NCBI GenBank assembly: GCA_963737905.1
Contig: CAVTUQ010000026.1
Span: 1-64,000 of the forward strand
Direction: 5' to 3'
Length of the DNA stretch: 64,000 nucleotides
Source: an uncultured delta proteobacterium
Lineage (GTDB): Bacteria; Desulfobacterota; Binatia; UBA9968
Position numbers and translations under genes: made by a program. Under the pieces are notes generated by a model. That model did not search any database. It saw only the letters and a list, made by a program, of their open reading frames with translations, and was not told where the DNA came from. This document shows, piece by piece, positions 9,511 through 20,417 of the stretch; position 1 is the first letter of the stretch; each line of letters begins with the position of its first letter.

Positions 9511-11052
9511 ATGTTTAAGCGCATTCTGATCGCCAATCGCGGGGAAATAGCCGTTCGAATCACCCGTGCCTGTCGCGAGCTGGACATCGAAACCGTGGCG
9601 GTATACTCGGAAGCCGACCGCGAGTCCCTCCATGTGAAATATGCGGACCATGCCTATCCCATCGGTCCAGCTCCATCCGCGCAAAGCTACTTGGCTATTG
9701 ATCGGGTCATCGAGGTGGCGAAGAAAAGCGGCGCCGATGCCATTCATCCGGGCTATGGTTTTTTAGCCGAAAACAGCCAATTTGCGCAGCGTTGCCAAGA
9801 GGAAGGCGTGGTTTTTATCGGCCCTTCTCCCCAGGTTATCGATCAGATGGGCGATAAAGTTAAGGCACGGCAAATAATGAAAACTGCCGGCGTGCCCCTT
9901 GTCCCGGGCTCCGATGGAGTGTTGGGGTCAGAACAGGAAGTGCTCAAAACTGTCGAGGTCATCGGCTACCCGTTTATGTTAAAGGCCGTGGCCGGCGGCG
10001 GCGGCAAGGGGCTGAGGCTCGTTCGTTCTTCTCGAGAAGTTTCGTCAGCCTATCGTGCGGTTCGATCGGAGGCTGCCTCTTCCTTCGGCGATCCGAGGCT
10101 CTATGTAGAAAAATACATTCAAAAACCGCGGCACGTGGAGATCCAAATCTTAGCGGACAAATATGGCCGGGTGATTCATCTCTATGATCGAGAATGCTCC
10201 ATCCAACGACGTCATCAGAAAATCATCGAAGAATCTCCCGCGCCCGGGTTGGATGACCGAACCCGGCGGCGTATCGGGCGCATCGCGATCCAGGGAGCCC
10301 GAGCGGTTGGCTACGTCGGCGCCGGGACTCTCGAGTTTCTTTTGGACCAGGACAAGAACTTCTATTTTCTCGAAATGAATACCCGGCTCCAGGTCGAGCA
10401 CGCGATCACGGAACGGGTGGTCGGGATCGACCTGGTCAAAGCCCAGATCGAGGTGGCTGCCGGGGGCTACTTGCCGTGGCGACAACGTCACATCACACAG
10501 ACCGGTCATGCCATTGAATGCCGTATTTACGCCGAGGATGCGGAGCACGATTTCATGCCTTATCCGGGCAAAATCGAGGGGCTCCGGTTGCCCGAAGGGC
10601 TCGGCGTGAGGAACGACTGCGGCGTCTATGAGGGAGCCGAGGTGCCGATTCACTACGATCCGATGATCGCAAAGCTGATTGTATGGGGCGAGAATCGTGT
10701 GGAAGCGATCCTCCGGATGCGGCGCGCGCTACGCGAATATCAGGTGCGGGGCATAAAGACCAATATCTCCTTTCACCAGTGGATCCTAAGGCACCCTCGT
10801 TTCATGGCTGGAAACTTCAGCACGGGCTTCATCGATGAGGAATATCACTCCATGAGTAAAGCAGAACTCTATCCGCACAAGGAAATCGCCTTGGCTTCGG
10901 CAGCGATTGCCGCCATACATCGCGAGCATGAGTTCACGCTGGGGCTCCTTGCCAAGGGTGCCGCTGAGCCGTCGAAATGGCGAGAACAAGGAAAGCGGAC
11001 CTCTCTGCGAGTCGTCCCGACGTTTCCCGGCCGCGGCTGGCGGCGTTCTTGA
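9511..11052 (+). CDS. accC: biotin carboxylase subunit of acyl-CoA carboxylase
   Basis: ANRGEIA, HPGYGFLAEN, GGGGKG, RECSIQRRHQK, EMNTRLQVEH, YDPMIAKL. Confidence 0.94.
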   Translation: MFKRILIANRGEIAVRITRACRELDIETVAVYSEADRESLHVKYADHAYPIGPAPSAQSYLAIDRVIEVAKKSGADAIHPGYGFLAENSQFAQRCQEEGVVFIGPSPQVIDQMGDKVKARQIMKTAGVPLVPGSDGVLGSEQEVLKTVEVIGYPFMLKAVAGGGGKGLRLVRSSREVSSAYRAVRSEAASSFGDPRLYVEKYIQKPRHVEIQILADKYGRVIHLYDRECSIQRRHQKIIEESPAPGLDDRTRRRIGRIAIQGARAVGYVGAGTLEFLLDQDKNFYFLEMNTRLQVEHAITERVVGIDLVKAQIEVAAGGYLPWRQRHITQTGHAIECRIYAEDAEHDFMPYPGKIEGLRLPEGLGVRNDCGVYEGAEVPIHYDPMIAKLIVWGENRVEAILRMRRALREYQVRGIKTNISFHQWILRHPRFMAGNFSTGFIDEEYHSMSKAELYPHKEIALASAAIAAIHREHEFTLGLLAKGAAEPSKWREQGKRTSLRVVPTFPGRGWRRS

Positions 11053-11064
11053 GAACGACTTTCT

Positions 11065-11568
11065 ATGGCCTTTGTTGCGAAACTCGGAGAACAGACATAC
11101 ACGGTGGAGATCGAGGAGATCGGCAGGGGTCTTTATCGGGTCTCCGTCGATGGCAACGAGTTCCTCGTCGATGGTAAAAAGACGGGGCGTACCAATTATT
11201 CCTTGATCGTCGACAACCGCTCCTTTGAAATCGAAGTCGATAACGCCGAGGACGAGTACCAGGTTTTGGTGGACGGCAGAAACTATCATGTCAACCTGGT
11301 CGACGAGCGACGGGTACGCGTCGGCGGCGCGCAGTCGGACGTCCAGCTCCAAGGCCGCCAAAAGGTTTCGGTGCCAATGGCGGGAAAGGTGATCGAGGTG
11401 CTCGTCTCGGAAGGGGACAGCGTTGAAAAAGGACAGGGGCTGGTTATCGTTGAAGCGATGAAAATGGAGAATGAGGTCCGTAGTCCGATTGCCGGCGAGG
11501 TCAAGGAGATCAAAGTGAAACCCGGTGACACCGTTGAGGGAGGCACCGTTCTTGTCATTGTCGAGTAG
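11065..11568 (+). CDS. biotin carboxyl carrier protein with N-terminal BT-like domain
   Basis: EAMKMENE biotinylation motif; follows the biotin carboxylase. Confidence 0.92.
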   Translation: MAFVAKLGEQTYTVEIEEIGRGLYRVSVDGNEFLVDGKKTGRTNYSLIVDNRSFEIEVDNAEDEYQVLVDGRNYHVNLVDERRVRVGGAQSDVQLQGRQKVSVPMAGKVIEVLVSEGDSVEKGQGLVIVEAMKMENEVRSPIAGEVKEIKVKPGDTVEGGTVLVIVE

Positions 11569-11642
11569 CGACTTTAAAAGAGACCTTTTCTGTCAAAATT
11601 TTCTTGTCACGATTTTTTTTTCATGCTATAGACCACCGCACA

Positions 11643-12221
11643 ATGATCCCGAAAAAGTGTTTCTTTACTAAAGGAGTGGGGGTTCATAAGGAGAGACTGG
11701 CGTCATTTGAGTTGGCCCTGAGGACCGCAGGATTGGCCTATTGCAATCTGGTGCTGGTCTCCAGCATTTACCCACCGTTTTGCAAAAGGATCTCTAAGGA
11801 AGAGGGAACGAAGCTCTTGCGGCCCGGCGAGATTGTCTTCTGCGTCTACGACCGCGAGAGCACCAGCGAGCCCAACCGCCTCGTGGCGGCTTCCGTCGGT
11901 GTAGCGATCCCGTCCGATGAAAGCCAGTACGGTTACCTTTCCGAGCACCATTCCTTTGGCGAGACCGATGAAAAAGCGGGAGACTACGCGGAGGATCTCG
12001 CCGCCAGTATGCTCGCGACAACCTTAGGCATTGAATTCAACCCCGATACCGCTTGGGACGAGCGTGAACAGCTTTTCAAAATGTCGGAAAAGATAGTTCG
12101 CACATCCAATATCACGCAATCCGCCATCGGCAATAAGGACGGACTGTGGACCACCGTCTTTGCCGCCTGCGTTTTCATCAATGACGATAGCCTGGACGTT
12201 CGAAACGACAAGCCGTCTTAA
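11643..12221 (+). CDS. pdaD: pyruvoyl-dependent arginine decarboxylase
   Basis: [25 protein letters not shown] self-cleavage site, [17 protein letters not shown]. Confidence 0.9.
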   Translation: MIPKKCFFTKGVGVHKERLASFELALRTAGLAYCNLVLVSSIYPPFCKRISKEEGTKLLRPGEIVFCVYDRESTSEPNRLVAASVGVAIPSDESQYGYLSEHHSFGETDEKAGDYAEDLAASMLATTLGIEFNPDTAWDEREQLFKMSEKIVRTSNITQSAIGNKDGLWTTVFAACVFINDDSLDVRNDKPS

Positions 12222-12249
12222 CGCCGCTAACCAGAACCCGAGACCCCCG

Positions 12250-13008
12250 TCAGCGAGACCCGCCTCTTTGCCGTGCAAAGAAGGCCACCAGGATGCTCAC
12301 CGCGTAGAGCAAGGCGAGGGGTACCATGAAGAGCACCTGAGATACGAGATCCGGCGGGGTTAGAAGCGCCGCAAGGATGGCGATGCCGATGACCGCATAG
12401 CGAATATGGCGGATAAGAAAGCGGTGATCGATCAGACCGACGCGTGAAAGAAAAAAGGCGACGACCGGAAGCTGGAACATCACTCCAAACGCCAGGACCA
12501 GCCGCGAGGCAAGAGAAAAATAGTCTGCCATCTGGATCAACGGCTGAACCTGGATGGCTTCATACCTGCGCAGCAGAAACTCGAGTCCGAACTGCAAGAA
12601 AACTTCATAGCAAAAAGCTATCCCCGCGAGAAAAAAAAGCGATCCAAAAAAGACGAAGCTCCGAGTGTAGCGTTTTTCGTGTTCATAAAGGCCCGGGGCA
12701 ACGAACTGCCAAGCGTGCCATAAAAGGACCGGTAGGGCGACGATAATGGCTGCTGCAAACGAGACCTTCATCTTTGTAAAAAAGGCCTCGGAGACTCCCG
12801 TGCCGATGATAGTAAGTCCGGAAACGTGAACGCGCCGTATAGGAGCCGTGAGCAGAAAGAATATCTGTTCCGCAACGGCAAAGCAGCCCAGAAACGCAAT
12901 ACCGATGGCGAGACAGCACTTGATGAGGCGAGAACGGAGTTCTGCCAGGTGAGAGGTAAAGGGCATCTGCACATCAGCCGCGGGCCCGTTACCTTGGCTC
13001 TTGCTCAC
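12250..13008 (-). CDS. tatC: twin-arginine translocase subunit TatC
   Basis: [42 protein letters not shown]. Confidence 0.95.
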   Translation of the reverse strand: MSKSQGNGPAADVQMPFTSHLAELRSRLIKCCLAIGIAFLGCFAVAEQIFFLLTAPIRRVHVSGLTIIGTGVSEAFFTKMKVSFAAAIIVALPVLLWHAWQFVAPGLYEHEKRYTRSFVFFGSLFFLAGIAFCYEVFLQFGLEFLLRRYEAIQVQPLIQMADYFSLASRLVLAFGVMFQLPVVAFFLSRVGLIDHRFLIRHIRYAVIGIAILAALLTPPDLVSQVLFMVPLALLYAVSILVAFFARQRGGSR

Positions 13009-13289
13009 TTTTTTTCTTCTGAGACGGTTACCGGGGATGGGGAGGTTGTGTCGGTGTCGGTTGGTTTGTCCGGCAAAGGATCATCCTTGCTCGTGGCGCC
13101 GGGGGAGGAACTCTCGTCGATCTCGTGCTCCATCTGCCGGAGCTCGTCTTTAAGGTCGTCGGTGGCCCGACGAAATTCCGCCATTCCTTTGCCGAGCGCG
13201 CGTGCGAGTTCGGGGAGCTTTTTGGGGCCGAGTACTATGAGCGCCAGAGCCAGAATCAAAAGCAGCTCGGGCATGCCGATGCCGAACAT
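13005..13289 (-). CDS. tatA: twin-arginine translocase TatA/TatB subunit
   Basis: [42 protein letters not shown]; overlaps the tatC start. Confidence 0.9.
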   Translation of the reverse strand: MFGIGMPELLLILALALIVLGPKKLPELARALGKGMAEFRRATDDLKDELRQMEHEIDESSSPGATSKDDPLPDKPTDTDTTSPSPVTVSEEKK

Positions 13290-13497
13290 GAGCATAAACT
13301 ATTCGATTTTATTTACCTTATCAAGTTAAGTTACGCGCTATCGCGAAAATTGCTCATCTCGGAAAGAAAGCCTTCCGGTATAGGCGCCGGGAACCGCTTT
13401 CTTCCCGCGACTCCTTATTCACTTTCAGTCAGGCCATCACAGCCATGAAGTTCGGCTGTGTTTTGCAGCGTGGTGGTCTAGGTGGTAGGCTGTCGGT

Positions 13498-14523
13498 ATG
13501 CTTCCTTCCGCGGTCGTAGTCGATGCCGAGTACCTGAGACATGATCCCGGTGAGTTTCATCCGGAAAGGCCGGAGCGAATTCGTGCCCTGCTCAACCTCG
13601 CGGAAAAACTCGATAATCAAAGATTCCAGATTTTGCCGCCCCGGGCCGCGAGCCGATCGGACATCGAGTCTTGCCACGGCGCTGACTATGTCAAATTGGT
13701 AGAATCGACTTCGAAGACCAATCACTACGCCCTGGACGGCGATACGATTACCTGCCGCGATTCTTTTGGTGTGGGGTTGCTAGCGGTTGGGGGATTTTTA
13801 CGCCTCATTGATTCCATTGCCGCTGGCGAATCGAAAAATGGGTTTGCTTTGGTGCGCCCGCCGGGACATCACGCGCTCAAAAATCGCGCAATGGGTTTCT
13901 GTTTGTTCAACACGATCGCGATCGGCGCGCAGCACCTAAAGAGAACCTACGATTCCAAGCGGGTCATGATCATGGATTGGGATGTCCATCATGGGAATGG
14001 AACGCAGGATTCCTTCTACGAGGATCCTTCGGTCTTGTTTATTTCGACCCATCAGTTCCCCTACTACCCGGGAACCGGTGCAGTCAATGAAGTGGGTGTG
14101 AACGCAGGCGAAGGCTATACGTTAAACATTCCTCTTCCAGCCGGGTGTGGTGATGCTGAATACATGCGGGTCTTTTATGATGTGATAGTCCCGGCGGCCA
14201 AGAAATTTGAACCCGAATGGATTCTTGTTTCTGCCGGCTTCGATCCGCACCGGCGGGATCCTTTGGGTGGGATGGAAGTGACGGAGGCGGGCTTTGCCGG
14301 CATGGCGCGGCTGCTTCTCCAATTGGCGGATGAATACACGGGAGGCAAAATCGCTTTCTTGCTCGAAGGCGGATACGATCTTGGTGCGCTGAGCAATTCC
14401 GTTTCGGCGGTGCTCGAAGCTATGAAAGAAGACTCATGGACAATGGAAAGCGCGAAGCCGGCCGGCGACAGCATCGAAACTTTGATTCGGCGAATCCTCC
14501 AAGTTCGCGAAAAATATCGCTAA
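13498..14523 (+). CDS. histone deacetylase family (class II-like Zn-dependent) amidohydrolase
   Basis: HPERPER, RPPGHHA, GFCLFN, DWDVHHGNGTQ, SAGFD, LEGGY. Confidence 0.93.
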   Translation: MLPSAVVVDAEYLRHDPGEFHPERPERIRALLNLAEKLDNQRFQILPPRAASRSDIESCHGADYVKLVESTSKTNHYALDGDTITCRDSFGVGLLAVGGFLRLIDSIAAGESKNGFALVRPPGHHALKNRAMGFCLFNTIAIGAQHLKRTYDSKRVMIMDWDVHHGNGTQDSFYEDPSVLFISTHQFPYYPGTGAVNEVGVNAGEGYTLNIPLPAGCGDAEYMRVFYDVIVPAAKKFEPEWILVSAGFDPHRRDPLGGMEVTEAGFAGMARLLLQLADEYTGGKIAFLLEGGYDLGALSNSVSAVLEAMKEDSWTMESAKPAGDSIETLIRRILQVREKYR

Positions 14524-14590
14524 AGTAAAAATACTATTGACCCTCTCATCAGACTGTTTTATCTATTAACCTCACCATCGGAGACAGACT

Positions 14591-15844
14591 GTGGCAGTAG
14601 CTGAACAACGCAGAGTTGTGGTGACAGGCCTGGGGCTGGTCACACCATTGGGAATCGGTCTTGAAAAAAATTGGCACGCACTCGTCGCCGGACGGTCGGG
14701 CATTCGGAAAATCGACCGATTTCCGAATATCGATGCCTTTGCTTCGCGTATCGCAGGCCAAGTTCCTGATTTTCACGCCGAAGACTTCATCGAGCCGAAA
14801 GAGATCAAGAAAATGGATCTCTTCATCCAATACAGCGTCGCGGCCGCCAGTATGGCGATGGAGGATAGCGGGTTCAAGATTGATCCCCAGGAGGCCGAAA
14901 GCGTTGGCGTTATTATCGGTGTGGGACTTTGCGGGATCGACACGATCGAAGCAACGGAGAGGGCCTATCTTGACGGCGGGCCGCGCAAAATTTCCCCCTT
15001 CTTTATTCCGAAGGTCATTTCAAATCTCGCGCCGGGCCAGATTGCTATTCGACATGGCGCGAAGGGAGTCAATTGGACACCTACGTCAGCATGCGCATCG
15101 GGAACTCATGCGATCGGAGAGGCATTTCACTTGATTCGGCGCGGCTTGCAGGAGGCCGTGATCGCTGGTGGGGCCGAATCGGCCATCACGCCTCTTGGGG
15201 TCGGGGGGTTTAGCGCGATGAAAGCGCTTTCCACCCGCAACGACGAACCCGAACGCGCCAGCCGCCCTTTCGACAGAGGCCGTGACGGTTTCGTCATCGC
15301 GGAAGGTTCAGGAGTTTTGATCTTGGAAGAAAGGGAGCGGGCGCTAAAGCGCGGGGCGAAGATTTATGCGGAGGTCATTGGATATGGCGCCAATGGAGAC
15401 GCGTATCATATGACGGCGCCCGCTCCCGAGGGCGAAGGGGCTGCGCGCTGCATGGGACTATCGCTTAAGGACGCGGGAATCGCGCCCACTGAGGTTGACT
15501 ATATCAACGCCCACGGGACTTCGACGGAATACAACGATGCCAATGAAACACAGGCAATCAAGAAGGTTTTTGGCGAGCAGGCCCTCAAGCTGGCCGTGAG
15601 TTCGACCAAATCAATGACCGGCCATTTGCTTGGCGCGGCCGGCGCCGTGGAAGGCGTATTTTCGGTGCTGGCGTTGCTTCACGGAACCATTCCACCGACT
15701 ATCAATTACGAGAATCCCGATCCCGAGTGCGATCTCGACTATGTGCCGAACCAGGCGCGCAGAGCCGATATACGCGTTGTGCTGTCAAACTCATTCGGTT
15801 TTGGTGGGACAAATGCGTGTGTGATTTTCAGGAGGCCTGAATGA
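14591..15844 (+). CDS. fabF: beta-ketoacyl-ACP synthase II
   Basis: [42 protein letters not shown]. Confidence 0.96.
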   Translation: MAVAEQRRVVVTGLGLVTPLGIGLEKNWHALVAGRSGIRKIDRFPNIDAFASRIAGQVPDFHAEDFIEPKEIKKMDLFIQYSVAAASMAMEDSGFKIDPQEAESVGVIIGVGLCGIDTIEATERAYLDGGPRKISPFFIPKVISNLAPGQIAIRHGAKGVNWTPTSACASGTHAIGEAFHLIRRGLQEAVIAGGAESAITPLGVGGFSAMKALSTRNDEPERASRPFDRGRDGFVIAEGSGVLILEERERALKRGAKIYAEVIGYGANGDAYHMTAPAPEGEGAARCMGLSLKDAGIAPTEVDYINAHGTSTEYNDANETQAIKKVFGEQALKLAVSSTKSMTGHLLGAAGAVEGVFSVLALLHGTIPPTINYENPDPECDLDYVPNQARRADIRVVLSNSFGFGGTNACVIFRRPE

Positions 15845-16836
15845 GCGGAACGCAACGGCGAAGTGTGATCCTCGGTACCGGTTCTGAACTCCCCGTTAAA
15901 GTTGTTACCAACGCAGACCTGGAGAGGATGGTCGATACCAGCGACGAGTGGATTACGGTTCGCACCGGCATCAAGCAACGACGAGTGCTGGAAGAGGGAA
16001 AGGGCAATGCGGACATGGCCCTTCACGCCGCCCGGCGTGCGCTCGACGATGCGGGGATGGAAGCCAAAGATTTGAACGCGATCGTCATGGCAACCTGCAC
16101 AGCAGACTATCTTATGCCGAGCTCCGCGTGCGTTCTCGAAGATATGCTGGGGGCCAGGAACGTTTTTTCCTTCGACGTGAATTCGGCTTGCTCGGGTTTT
16201 CTCAGCGCGTTGTCGGTGGCCGACTCCTTTATCCGGACCGGACAAATTGGTAACGCCTTGGTTGTCGGTTCCGACGTGCTCAGTCGGCTGCTGAACTGGC
16301 AAGACCGTACGACGTGTATTCTCTTCGGCGACGGGGCGGGTGCGCTGGTGCTGGGGGCGTCCGAAAATGGTCACGGCGGCATTCTCAGTACGAAGCTCCG
16401 TACGGATGGCTCCTACGCTAAGGCTCTCTATGTACCGGCAGGCGGATCGTTGAAGCCCGCCAGGCTGGAAACCGTCAAGAAGAATGAGCATACGATCACC
16501 ATGAACGGCAAAGAGGTCTTCAAGGTCGCCGTTCGCTCCATGGAAGAGATCAGCCGCCAGGCGCTCGAAGAGGCCGGAGTGAGAATCGAACAAGTTTCAT
16601 TGGTCATTCCGCACCAAGCCAATCGAAGGATCATCGTCGCTTTGGCCGACCGTCTCGGTATTTCTATGGACAAGGTCGTGGTCAACGTCGACAAGTATGG
16701 CAATACTTCTGCCGCATCGGTCCCCGTTGCTCTCGATGAAGCCAGACGGGAAGGCCGGATCCGAAAGGGCGATATCGTGCTCTTGAATGCTTTCGGGGCG
16801 GGTTTTGCCTGGGGGGCTGCGGTGGTGCAGTTCTAG
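15841..16836 (+). CDS. fabH: beta-ketoacyl-ACP synthase III
   Basis: [38 protein letters not shown]. Confidence 0.96.
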   Translation: MSGTQRRSVILGTGSELPVKVVTNADLERMVDTSDEWITVRTGIKQRRVLEEGKGNADMALHAARRALDDAGMEAKDLNAIVMATCTADYLMPSSACVLEDMLGARNVFSFDVNSACSGFLSALSVADSFIRTGQIGNALVVGSDVLSRLLNWQDRTTCILFGDGAGALVLGASENGHGGILSTKLRTDGSYAKALYVPAGGSLKPARLETVKKNEHTITMNGKEVFKVAVRSMEEISRQALEEAGVRIEQVSLVIPHQANRRIIVALADRLGISMDKVVVNVDKYGNTSAASVPVALDEARREGRIRKGDIVLLNAFGAGFAWGAAVVQF

Positions 16837-16963
16837 CAGGTTGCTGAAAAAGACTCATATGCTTCGTTGCGCTCAATCGCCTCGCTCCAACGTACCGGTT
16901 AAGTACGCCTCCGCTCCTCGATTTTTCGCGCGCCTTGCCTCTGAGTCCTTTTGAGCAGCCTGC
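16836..16963. mobile_element. 128-bp MITE-like element with 21-bp terminal inverted repeats
   Basis: left GCAGGTTGCTGAAAAAGACTC versus reverse complement of right end GCAGGCTGCTCAAAAGGACTC (3 mismatches); no ORF; begins in the fabH stop codon. Confidence 0.6.
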
Positions 16964-17093
16964 AAACAGAGTTTTTTAGCGACTGCCCGCTTTCGCGGCA
17001 TCCGCGGGAGCCTACCGATTTCTCTCTTGGGAACTGATCCGCTAGTGCTATCGAGTCTCGACCCGCTTGATTGTTTGACGTCTCCCGCAAAAA

Positions 17094-18446
17094 TTACTGT
17101 GAGCGACTTACCTGTTGCTCGACGCTGATGCAGTGTTCCTGCAATCTGGCGCTATGTTCGACGAGATAATGGGCCGGATCTCGGATGGCCTTGATCGGTT
17201 CGGGAAGTCTTGCAAACTCGGACAAGAAAACGGACCTGATCTCTTCCAGAGATGGAAGGGGTGCGGTGATCTTTCCTTCGGTCATTACTTTCTTTAACAA
17301 GGGCTCGGCGCCGGCAATGGCTTCGCCGCGCAACGTGATGATGTCTTTCTGTAGTTTGCCTTGCTTATCGCATAACCTGGCCACCTGCTTCTTGCCGGGC
17401 AAAGAGACTTTCGCCGGGCTCAACTTGAGAACCGGCCGATTATCGTACTCAACCAACTTGTAAGCTATGTCCGACCAAGGAGCATCCGCGGAGACTCCCA
17501 TTTTGGTTCCGACGCCATAACTGTCGTAGGGGATATGGGCGTCGGTAAACTCAGCCAGATCGTGCTCGTCCAATCCGCCGCTGCCGATGATCTTGACGTC
17601 TTTTAGTCCGGCTTCGTCAAAGATTTGTCGAACCTCGACGGCAAGCTTCGCCAGATCGCCACTATCAATGCGCACACCTTGAAGTCGCTCGCCTCGGGCG
17701 CCCATTTCTCTGGCGACCTGCACAGCTTTGCGTGCCCCTGTCGCCGTGTCATAGGTGTCGATCAGCAAAGTCGAATGATTGGGAAAACTCGTGACGAATG
17801 CGCGAAAGGCGTCGATCTCGTGTTCGAAACTGGAGACGAAAGAATGAGCCATCGTACCGACGATGGGAATGCCATAATACTGTCCGGCACGCACATTGCT
17901 GGTTCCCGCAAAACCGGCGAGGTAGCTGGAGCGAGCGACCTTCATTCCGGCGTCGATGCCGTGGGTACGCCGCAGTGAAAAATCCACCACCGATCGCGCA
18001 CCCGCCGCATAGACGCAGCGAGCCGCTTTGGTGGCGATGAGCGACTGAAAGTTGATCTGATTGATGATAAAGGTCTCGACGATCTGGGCCTCGACGATGG
18101 GAGCGGTGACTTCCATAACCGGTTCGTCCTTGAAAAACAGACGGCCTTCCGGTATGGCCCAGACCTCGCCCGTAAATTTCAGCCCCATCAGAAAATCAAG
18201 AAAATCGTCCGTAAACATCCGTCGCGAGCGCAGGTAGTCGATGCCGGCAGAGTCGATCTTGAATTGCTCGAGGAACTCCAAGACGTCTTGCAGGCCTGCG
18301 GAAACGAAGTAACTGCGATTCGGAGGATAGGAACGGACAAAAAGACTAAAAGTCGCTGGCGCCAGCCTTTGGCTCTGGAAATAGCTCTGCGCCATAGTGA
18401 GCTGGTAGAGGTCCGTCAGCAACGCCAGGGTTTCTGTCGTAGACAC
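17094..18446 (-). CDS. pncB: nicotinate phosphoribosyltransferase
   Basis: LLTDLYQLTM, DFSLRR, GTSNV, GTMAHS, LIDTYD, RIDSGD, GVGT. Confidence 0.95.
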   Translation of the reverse strand: MSTTETLALLTDLYQLTMAQSYFQSQRLAPATFSLFVRSYPPNRSYFVSAGLQDVLEFLEQFKIDSAGIDYLRSRRMFTDDFLDFLMGLKFTGEVWAIPEGRLFFKDEPVMEVTAPIVEAQIVETFIINQINFQSLIATKAARCVYAAGARSVVDFSLRRTHGIDAGMKVARSSYLAGFAGTSNVRAGQYYGIPIVGTMAHSFVSSFEHEIDAFRAFVTSFPNHSTLLIDTYDTATGARKAVQVAREMGARGERLQGVRIDSGDLAKLAVEVRQIFDEAGLKDVKIIGSGGLDEHDLAEFTDAHIPYDSYGVGTKMGVSADAPWSDIAYKLVEYDNRPVLKLSPAKVSLPGKKQVARLCDKQGKLQKDIITLRGEAIAGAEPLLKKVMTEGKITAPLPSLEEIRSVFLSEFARLPEPIKAIRDPAHYLVEHSARLQEHCISVEQQVSRSQ

Positions 18447-18587
18447 AAAAGACTCCGCGCTAAAAAACTGAGCGGAGTTTAGTGTACAATTAGCCTTAAG
18501 TAAAGGCGAACGAACGCCTGTTCGCTATTGATTTATCTAGGCCGTTTTGTTAAGAAATCCTTGTTAACTAGTTAAAAGGAGGGCTCG

Positions 18588-19310
18588 ATGTTTACCGACA
18601 AAGTAGAGGTTAAGGATTTCGAAAAACAAGATCCGGAATACCAGGATCTTTTGCGCCGAGTTCTCGCTATTCAGGCGGACTGTGAGATCGGCGGCCCGAA
18701 CCTATATGTTAAGGATATCTTGCCCAATGCGCCCACCAAGTTGGATCAGCTTATCGTCGCCCGCACGGCGGCCGAAGAGATGGATCACTTCAGAAAAATG
18801 GCGCGCCTGGCTGGTGATATTGGTGTCGATGTTTCTTATACCCTCAGCCGGCCCAATCAAGAACGATACGTCGAAGCCTTTCGCGGCCAGATCAAAACCT
18901 GGGAAGATTTTGCCGTGTTCGGATTCCTCATCGACCGCGTAGGTCGCTTCCAGCTCGAGGAGTTTATCGATGCTACGTATCTGCCTCTCGCCCGTGTGGT
19001 CGAGGATCCGGACATTATCCGAGAAGAAGAAGGACACGTCGATTTCGGCACCAACTCGACCGCCGAATTTGCCGCCAAAGGTGGGGAGTCCAAAGAGCGA
19101 ATTCAAAAAGCGGTGGACTACTGGTATGCCAAAGGGCTCGACATGTTCGGTAACAGCAAGTCGTACCGTTCGGAGCGCTACATGTTCTGGGGATTGAAGC
19201 GGCGGCCCAACGCGGTGGCGCGCCAGCAATATAAAGACGAGATTGACGCTCTAATTTTGAAAATGGGTCTGCAGCTCCCGGATCCCAACAAGGGACGGCT
19301 TTACACTTAA
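18588..19310 (+). CDS. PaaA/PaaC-family ferritin-like diiron protein (phenylacetyl-CoA epoxidase subunit A-like)
   Basis: QADCEIGG, EEMDH, TWEDFAVFGFLIDR, REEEGHVDFG, QKAVDYWY..LDMFG; SD AAAGGAGG. Confidence 0.8.
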   Translation: MFTDKVEVKDFEKQDPEYQDLLRRVLAIQADCEIGGPNLYVKDILPNAPTKLDQLIVARTAAEEMDHFRKMARLAGDIGVDVSYTLSRPNQERYVEAFRGQIKTWEDFAVFGFLIDRVGRFQLEEFIDATYLPLARVVEDPDIIREEEGHVDFGTNSTAEFAAKGGESKERIQKAVDYWYAKGLDMFGNSKSYRSERYMFWGLKRRPNAVARQQYKDEIDALILKMGLQLPDPNKGRLYT

Positions 19311-19325
19311 CTAGAGGTGGTAACG

Positions 19326-19517
19326 ATGCAGCCAGCACCCAATACTGATGCTTTAGATCAGCAGTTTAAAGAGTTTATCCAAGCGCTGAAGGGCGCGGTA
19401 GGCTCGGCCATGCCACATCTCAAAGACGATCCCAAAATCGTCGACAAGGCGATCGCGGATTGTAAAGAGATTCTGGACGTGGTGATGGAGGGTGACGTCA
19501 AGGAATGGTTGTCATAG
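19326..19517 (+). CDS. small helical hypothetical protein
   Basis: GAGGTGG SD then ATG; 63 aa directly after the PaaA-like gene. Confidence 0.6.
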   Translation: MQPAPNTDALDQQFKEFIQALKGAVGSAMPHLKDDPKIVDKAIADCKEILDVVMEGDVKEWLS

Positions 19518-19637
19518 ATTTTTCCGCGACGAATTTTTAGTTGGCAAATTAGATTTTCGAGTTGACGAGGCGCCCAGACCCTGACGGCGCCTTTGTCATG
19601 TCTGTAGCTACAGAATTCACTTGAGGAAGAAGAGCCC

Positions 19638-20417
19638 GTGAACATCGTTGTCTGCGGTAAGGTGATTCCCGCCAGCTCGGTGACGATCGAGATTGATGCC
19701 AACACCAAGCGGATGGTGCGCAAGGGTGTTACCCACGAGCTGGACCCGGCCGCTGCCAGCGCCGTGGAAGAAGGATTGCGCCTCACGGAAAAGCACGGGG
19801 GCACGGTGACCCTGATCACGATGGGGATCAGCGACGTGACGATCGGTATTCGCAATGCCTTGGCCATGGGAGCGACCTCCGCCGTTCATATTCTCGATGA
19901 TGCCGTGGCGGGATCGGACACCTTGGGAACCGCTAAATTGTTGGCTGCGGCCATCAAGAAGCAAGAATTTGATCTGGTCATCTGCGCGACGGAAAGCAGC
20001 GACAGTTATTCCGGCATCGTGCCCGGGCAGATCGCTCATTTTCTTGGCGTGCCACCGGTGACTTTCGCCAAAGAAATTAACGTCGATGGAAACAAGATTA
20101 CGATCAAACGGCAAAGTGAGAGCGGCTTCGATATTGTCGAATCATCGTTGCCGGCGTTAGTCGCTGTCAGCAGCGGGATCAACGAGCCGCGTTATCCTCA
20201 ACTCAAAGGGATCATGGCGGCCAAGAAAAAGGAGATCAAAGTTTACACCGCCGCAGACCTCGGTTTGGTGCCGGATCAGGTGGGGGAGAAAGGCGCGCGA
20301 GAAAAAGTCTTAACCATCGGCAGGCCCCCTAAGCGGCAGGCCGGGAAAGTCGTGACCGACGAAGGTGAAGGCGGTAAACAGATCGCGGATTTTCTTGCAG
20401 AAATCAAGGTGATTTAG
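19638..20417 (+). CDS. etfB: electron transfer flavoprotein beta subunit
   Basis: IVVCGKVIP, AVEEGLRL, ALAMGA, DTLGTAKLLA, NEPRYP. Confidence 0.94.
   Translation: MNIVVCGKVIPASSVTIEIDANTKRMVRKGVTHELDPAAASAVEEGLRLTEKHGGTVTLITMGISDVTIGIRNALAMGATSAVHILDDAVAGSDTLGTAKLLAAAIKKQEFDLVICATESSDSYSGIVPGQIAHFLGVPPVTFAKEINVDGNKITIKRQSESGFDIVESSLPALVAVSSGINEPRYPQLKGIMAAKKKEIKVYTAADLGLVPDQVGEKGAREKVLTIGRPPKRQAGKVVTDEGEGGKQIADFLAEIKVI

Noticed and set aside
8346-9587. 413-aa minus-strand ORF, and other long antisense ORFs such as 15739-16593, 46103-47188 and 47353-48429
   Set aside because: They are shadows of well-supported genes on the opposite strand and have no recognisable motifs.
11643-14523. Polyamine module (arginine decarboxylase + acetylpolyamine deacetylase)
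   Set aside because: The genes are separated by opposite-strand tat genes, there is no agmatinase or spermidine synthase, and HDAC substrate cannot be read from sequence.
14591-16836. Type II PKS or secondary-metabolite cluster
   Set aside because: Canonical FabF and FabH with no chain-length factor, ACP or cyclases adjacent.
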